The position numbers and the translations under genes are program-made. Below are positions 28,000 to 32,000 of a DNA stretch of 32,000 nucleotides, piece after piece. This DNA comes from Candidatus Kuenenia stuttgartensis (GTDB lineage: Bacteria; Planctomycetota; Brocadiia; Brocadiales; Brocadiaceae): positions 1,530,001-1,562,000 of the forward strand of contig NZ_LT934425.1 of NCBI RefSeq assembly GCF_900232105.1. Reading direction: 5' to 3'. The first letter of the stretch is position 1, and every line of letters starts with the position of its first letter. Below the pieces are notes generated by a model. It saw nothing but the letters and a program-made list of their open reading frames with translations. It was not told where the DNA came from and ran no database searches.

Positions 28000-28633
28000 A
28001 GTTCTTCATAAATTTATCAACCGCTTCTCTTATCTTATCGATAGAATCCATATTAATAAGAAGAAACAAAAAGCCATCAACATCCGCTTTCTCAAATTGA
28101 AATATGGTTTTAAGGATAACCGCATATCCTTCTCCATCGAAGAAATTCCCCGGCATGTCTTCATAAAAATACTTTCCATCGATATATCTTGGCGGAAGAT
28201 AAGAAACGACATCTGACAACAATTCCGCTATTTTGCTGAGACAAGCACCGATTATAATATTTCCCACCTCCGTTAACGTTTCCTTTTCCAGCAAATTAAT
28301 GGACATGTTTGCAGGCATTTCATTATATTCTTCCAGCAATGAAATAAATGATTTACCGCTATCCATGGAAAAGACAAGATACGCAATACCTTTGAATTCA
28401 GAGGTATAATGTTGTTCAACGATATGCAAATCTTCGCCGCCATCAAAAGTGCTGCCAATAAAGTCCCGCAGTTCTTTTGAATGCACTATTTTTATCTCAG
28501 GAACGTTTAATGTAGCATGCAATTCAATAACCTCGGAAAGTGACGCCGCCGCATTTCCAAATGCAATATTAATGATCTCTTTGAGCGCATCTATTTGTAA
28601 TTCGCTCAGAAAATTCCCTGAAGTATCTTTCAT
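27992..28633 (-). CDS. CheC-like (CheC/CheX/FliY family) protein
   Basis: LQIDALKEIINIAFGNAAASLSEVI and repeated LTEVGNIIIGACLSKIAELL (E..N....A...L motifs). Confidence 0.85.
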   Translation of the reverse strand: MKDTSGNFLSELQIDALKEIINIAFGNAAASLSEVIELHATLNVPEIKIVHSKELRDFIGSTFDGGEDLHIVEQHYTSEFKGIAYLVFSMDSGKSFISLLEEYNEMPANMSINLLEKETLTEVGNIIIGACLSKIAELLSDVVSYLPPRYIDGKYFYEDMPGNFFDGEGYAVILKTIFQFEKADVDGFLFLLINMDSIDKIREAVDKFMKNYE

Positions 28634-29016
28634 TTTTTCTCTTTACTTACCTGTATATCTTTTGCCTTAGCTATAGCATTAATTATATCTTCTTTTTTAG
28701 GCGGCTTTCTCAACAATGTTAATGCCCCCAATTCTTTCACTTTTTCAATAGTCTTTGGCTGAGTATCCGCGGTTATCACAATGACTATAGCGTTTTCATC
28801 GATTTTTTTTATTTCTTCAAGCGCCTGAATGCCTGACATTACAGGCATTGTCATATCCAGAAAAGTTATATCAGGGGAAACCCTTTTAAATTCTTCAACA
28901 CCCATAAAACCATCAGACGCTTCATATATCTCATATGAGGCATCTTTTAAAATACAATTTTTTACCCCCAATCTGGCAACAACAGAATCATCTACAATCA
29001 AAATTTTTTTTATCAT
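28630..29016 (-). CDS. CheY-like response regulator
   Basis: ILIVDDSVVARLGVK, ITFLDMTMPVMSG, VIVITAD, LRKPPKKEDI. Confidence 0.93.
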   Translation of the reverse strand: MIKKILIVDDSVVARLGVKNCILKDASYEIYEASDGFMGVEEFKRVSPDITFLDMTMPVMSGIQALEEIKKIDENAIVIVITADTQPKTIEKVKELGALTLLRKPPKKEDIINAIAKAKDIQVSKEKK

Positions 29017-29118
29017 AATTCACCCTTTCAATAAATATCATTACTGAGGTATTTAATATCAGGGCTATTGAATGATACAAAAACCCATTCATTCTTCTGA
29101 TATTGTAAAAATGACTCT

Positions 29119-29607
29119 TTATCGGAACCAGGATGTGGATGTTTCTTTTGGATTGAACTTGGCGTGGCATTCGTCACACCCATTCACTACTTTAAAAAAT
29201 GCTGCCATTGCTTTATCCTTGTTCTTTTCCTGACATGCATTCACCAATTCAAGCGTATCTAAGTGGAATTGGACGTCCAGCTTTACAAATTCTGTCGGTA
29301 AATCATTCTTATTTGCCCCTGTATATACGACAGGACTTGAATTTTTCAATTTTTTTGTATCTTGTTGAATAGCTTTCCAGTCTTCTTTGTTAATAGAGGC
29401 CTGCAAATGTTTCAACAACACCTTAATGTCTTTCATGTGAACGATAAAGCCTTTTTCATTTTTAATAAAATCATGTTCCCTTTTGGAAGAAACCTCTGAT
29501 TGATTCATAGCGGTTGCAGATATTTCTTCTTCATGCCTTTCCTTTTCACTTTTTCCGCAACCCGCAATACATAAAATGAGTATCGCAAAACTAATATATT
29601 TTTTCAT
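29119..29607 (-). CDS. Lipoprotein with C-terminal CxxCH haem-binding motif (cytochrome c'-like)
   Basis: Probable start MKKYISFAILILCIAGC (lipobox IAGC); C-terminal FFKVVNGCDECHAKF. Track ORF extends to 29619. Confidence 0.8.
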   Translation of the reverse strand: MKKYISFAILILCIAGCGKSEKERHEEEISATAMNQSEVSSKREHDFIKNEKGFIVHMKDIKVLLKHLQASINKEDWKAIQQDTKKLKNSSPVVYTGANKNDLPTEFVKLDVQFHLDTLELVNACQEKNKDKAMAAFFKVVNGCDECHAKFNPKETSTSWFR

Positions 29608-29706
29608 ATTCGGCTCCAATTTACCTTTTTAAAAAAGTTAACATAATACGGATATATTAAATTTTTTACTTTAAAAATTCAATCGCATTAATAGTGTAAA
29701 GGTTTT

Positions 29707-30885
29707 TTAATTCAATATCCCCAATGTTTTCCCTATTTTTTCAAAACATCCTACAGCCCACAAAAGGTCGTTTTCGCTATGAACAGCAGAAAGCATTGCA
29801 CGCAGACGAGACTTCCCAACAGGAACGGTCGGATACCCGATTGCTTGTATAAAAATCCCCTCTTCATACAATTTCCGGCTAAACTCTTTTGCCAATTTGG
29901 CGTCTCCAACCATTATTGGAGTTATTGGCGTTTGCGTTCTCCCTATGTCAAAACCTGTATTTTCCATTTGTTTCTGGAACAATGCGGTGTTTGACCATAG
30001 TTTTTCAACCCGAACCTTTGATTCCATAAGGATATCCACTGCTGCAATACATGCCGCCACATCAGGGGAGGTTGCAGCGCTTGAAAAAAGAAAAGGGCGC
30101 CCTTTTTGGGACAGATAGTCCGTCAATTTTTTACTCCCCGCTACATAACCACCTACTACTCCAAATGCCTTTGACAGCGTGCCAACCTCGATATCTACTT
30201 TCCCCTGCAGTTTAAAATAATCAACAATGCCTCTCCCGCCTTCCCCTAAAACACCCTCGCCATGTGCATCATCAACAATCGTAATGGCATTGAATTCATC
30301 CGCAATGTTAACAATTTCCGGCAAGGGAGCGATATCTCCTTCCATGCTGAACACGCCGTCCGTGATTATCAACCGTTTTCCGGCATTACTTTCCTGCGAA
30401 ATTTTTCCTCTCAGATCATCAGGGTTACAATGTCCATACCTGATAATTTTTGCCCCGGAAAGGCGGCATCCATCAATAATGCTCGCATGATTCAGTTCAT
30501 CAGAAAAAATGACGTCATTTTTGCCAGCAATAGCGGGAATGACTGCCAGGTTTGCGCAAAATCCTGATTGAAAGGAAATGGTGCTCTCCACGTCCTTAAA
30601 AAGAGCAAGTTTCCTCTCCAGCTCACAATGCAACACAGTGGTTCCTGAAATTGTCCTTACCGCAGAAGGCCCTACGCCATATGCATCTATCGCCCCCTTC
30701 GCAGCAGATTTCAACCGGGGGCTATTCGCAAACCCGAGATAATTATTTGAGCAGAGATTTAACACCTTCTTTCCATCTGCGGTGATCCATGCATCCTGAG
30801 GGCCTTCAATGGTTCTTATGTTGACGAAAAGCCCCTCTTCTTCAAGTTTTTCCAGTTCGTCATGAATAAAATTAAGGCGGCTCAT
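29707..30885 (-). CDS. kbl: Glycine C-acetyltransferase / 2-amino-3-ketobutyrate CoA ligase
   Basis: 392 aa alpha-oxoamine synthase: [63 protein letters not shown]. Adjacency to tdh supports kbl. Confidence 0.88.
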   Translation of the reverse strand: MSRLNFIHDELEKLEEEGLFVNIRTIEGPQDAWITADGKKVLNLCSNNYLGFANSPRLKSAAKGAIDAYGVGPSAVRTISGTTVLHCELERKLALFKDVESTISFQSGFCANLAVIPAIAGKNDVIFSDELNHASIIDGCRLSGAKIIRYGHCNPDDLRGKISQESNAGKRLIITDGVFSMEGDIAPLPEIVNIADEFNAITIVDDAHGEGVLGEGGRGIVDYFKLQGKVDIEVGTLSKAFGVVGGYVAGSKKLTDYLSQKGRPFLFSSAATSPDVAACIAAVDILMESKVRVEKLWSNTALFQKQMENTGFDIGRTQTPITPIMVGDAKLAKEFSRKLYEEGIFIQAIGYPTVPVGKSRLRAMLSAVHSENDLLWAVGCFEKIGKTLGILN

Positions 30886-30948
30886 TACTCCAGAATCCTT
30901 TCTTTAACAGTTGCAGGGGTCTTTCAAATCCATGCAAACGGAATGAAA

Positions 30949-31983
30949 TTACGGCATGACCTGCAAAACAACCTTTCCACACATGCCATCTCTCATTAGC
31001 TGCATGCCCTTTTCGTAATCTTCCAGTAAAAACGTGTGTGTAATAACCGGTCCAGGATCCACCAGCCCGGAAGACAGAAACCTGGACGTCTTATACCACG
31101 TAGAAAATATCTTTCTGCCGGTAATCCCATATATGCGTATTTTTTTAAAAATAACCTCTCTATTCAGATCAATATCAACAGGGGTTTCATATATCCCCAA
31201 AATCGATATTCTTCCACCGGGAGTAAGAGACTTAAGTCCCTGATCAAGCGCCAGTTTATTGCCGGAAAACTCCAGAACCACATCTACGCCATTTCCCTCC
31301 GTCGCTTCCAGCACACAATTCAGGATATCTGTGTTTTTCGGATTCGCCACAATATCCGCACCCATCTTTTTACCGATATCCAGCCGATAATCATTTGGGT
31401 CAGAAACAATAATGAGAGACGCCCCGCATGCCCTTGCTATACCTACGGCAAAGAGACCAATGGGACCTGCCCCCAAAATAAGCACCGTTTTTGAAGATAT
31501 ATCCTCAGACATTACCGTGTCAACAGCATTTCCAAACGGCTCCTGAATTGTCGCCCATTCATCAGGAATACGAGGATCATCTTTCCACAATACATGCTCA
31601 GGCAGGCTAAGGTATTCGGCGAACGTTCCATCGTAATCAATCCCTAACAATTTACTTTTTCTGCATACTTCTCTGTATCCATTCTTGCATTGGTAGCAGT
31701 AGCCGCATGAAATGTGAGTTTCCGCAGAAACCCTCTCCCCAGCTTTAACAAACGTAACCTCCTTCCCAACCTCCTGCACATAACCGGCAAACTCATGGCC
31801 TATAATACGGGGCGGCGTAAAGCGCTGCTGCGCCCAATATGTCCAGTCATCTATATGAACATCCGTTCCGCATATAGAGGCAACCTGAACCTTAATTAAA
31901 ACATCTTTTGGGCCAAGCTTTGGTTCCGGCATCTTTACCAATTCCAGCCCACTGGCACGATTTGCTTTCACTACCGCCTTCAC
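30949..31983 (-). CDS. tdh: L-threonine 3-dehydrogenase
   Basis: 344 aa zinc MDR: SICGTDVHIDDWTYWAQQRFTPPRIIGHEFAG, CGYCYQCKNGYREVCRKSKLLGIDYDG, ILGAGPIGLFAVGIARACGA. Confidence 0.92.
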   Translation of the reverse strand: MKAVVKANRASGLELVKMPEPKLGPKDVLIKVQVASICGTDVHIDDWTYWAQQRFTPPRIIGHEFAGYVQEVGKEVTFVKAGERVSAETHISCGYCYQCKNGYREVCRKSKLLGIDYDGTFAEYLSLPEHVLWKDDPRIPDEWATIQEPFGNAVDTVMSEDISSKTVLILGAGPIGLFAVGIARACGASLIIVSDPNDYRLDIGKKMGADIVANPKNTDILNCVLEATEGNGVDVVLEFSGNKLALDQGLKSLTPGGRISILGIYETPVDIDLNREVIFKKIRIYGITGRKIFSTWYKTSRFLSSGLVDPGPVITHTFLLEDYEKGMQLMRDGMCGKVVLQVMP

Positions 31984-32000
31984 ACAAAAATCCTTTCACA

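Overview
32 kb bacterial window. Protein character suggests an anammox-type planctomycete (Kuenenia/Brocadia-like); that is inference, no database was searched. Three zones: (1) 1-2.0 kb core genes (rpe, accD, tRNA-Asn); (2) 2.0-14.9 kb accessory zone full of mobile-element debris: integron-type integrase fragments, RAYT/REP-like remnants, a degenerate IS3-family element, a truncated SF2 helicase plus a BglII/BstYI-like nuclease, an IS630-family transposase, a precisely delimited IS1634-family IS inside a radical SAM gene, and a short apparent integron cassette region downstream of the decayed intI; (3) 15-32 kb mostly core genes (HPF-cold-shock fusion, gcvH/gcvT, recJ, msbA-like ABC exporter, rfbD-like reductase, membrane-inserted amidohydrolase, CheC-CheY-PAS/GGDEF cluster, CxxCH lipoprotein, kbl, tdh). 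A second small cluster at 25.1-26.9 kb (toxin-antitoxin, SDR, truncated BrnT) appears separated by attC-like sites and has no integrase nearby. The strongest sequence-derived results are the 14-bp TIR / 6-bp TSD of the IS at 8539-10391, whose removal restores the radical SAM reading frame, and the intI/cassette architecture at 11.3-14.6 kb with a 10-bp perfect complementary pair of cassette-end sequences. I found no demonstrable new multi-gene system.
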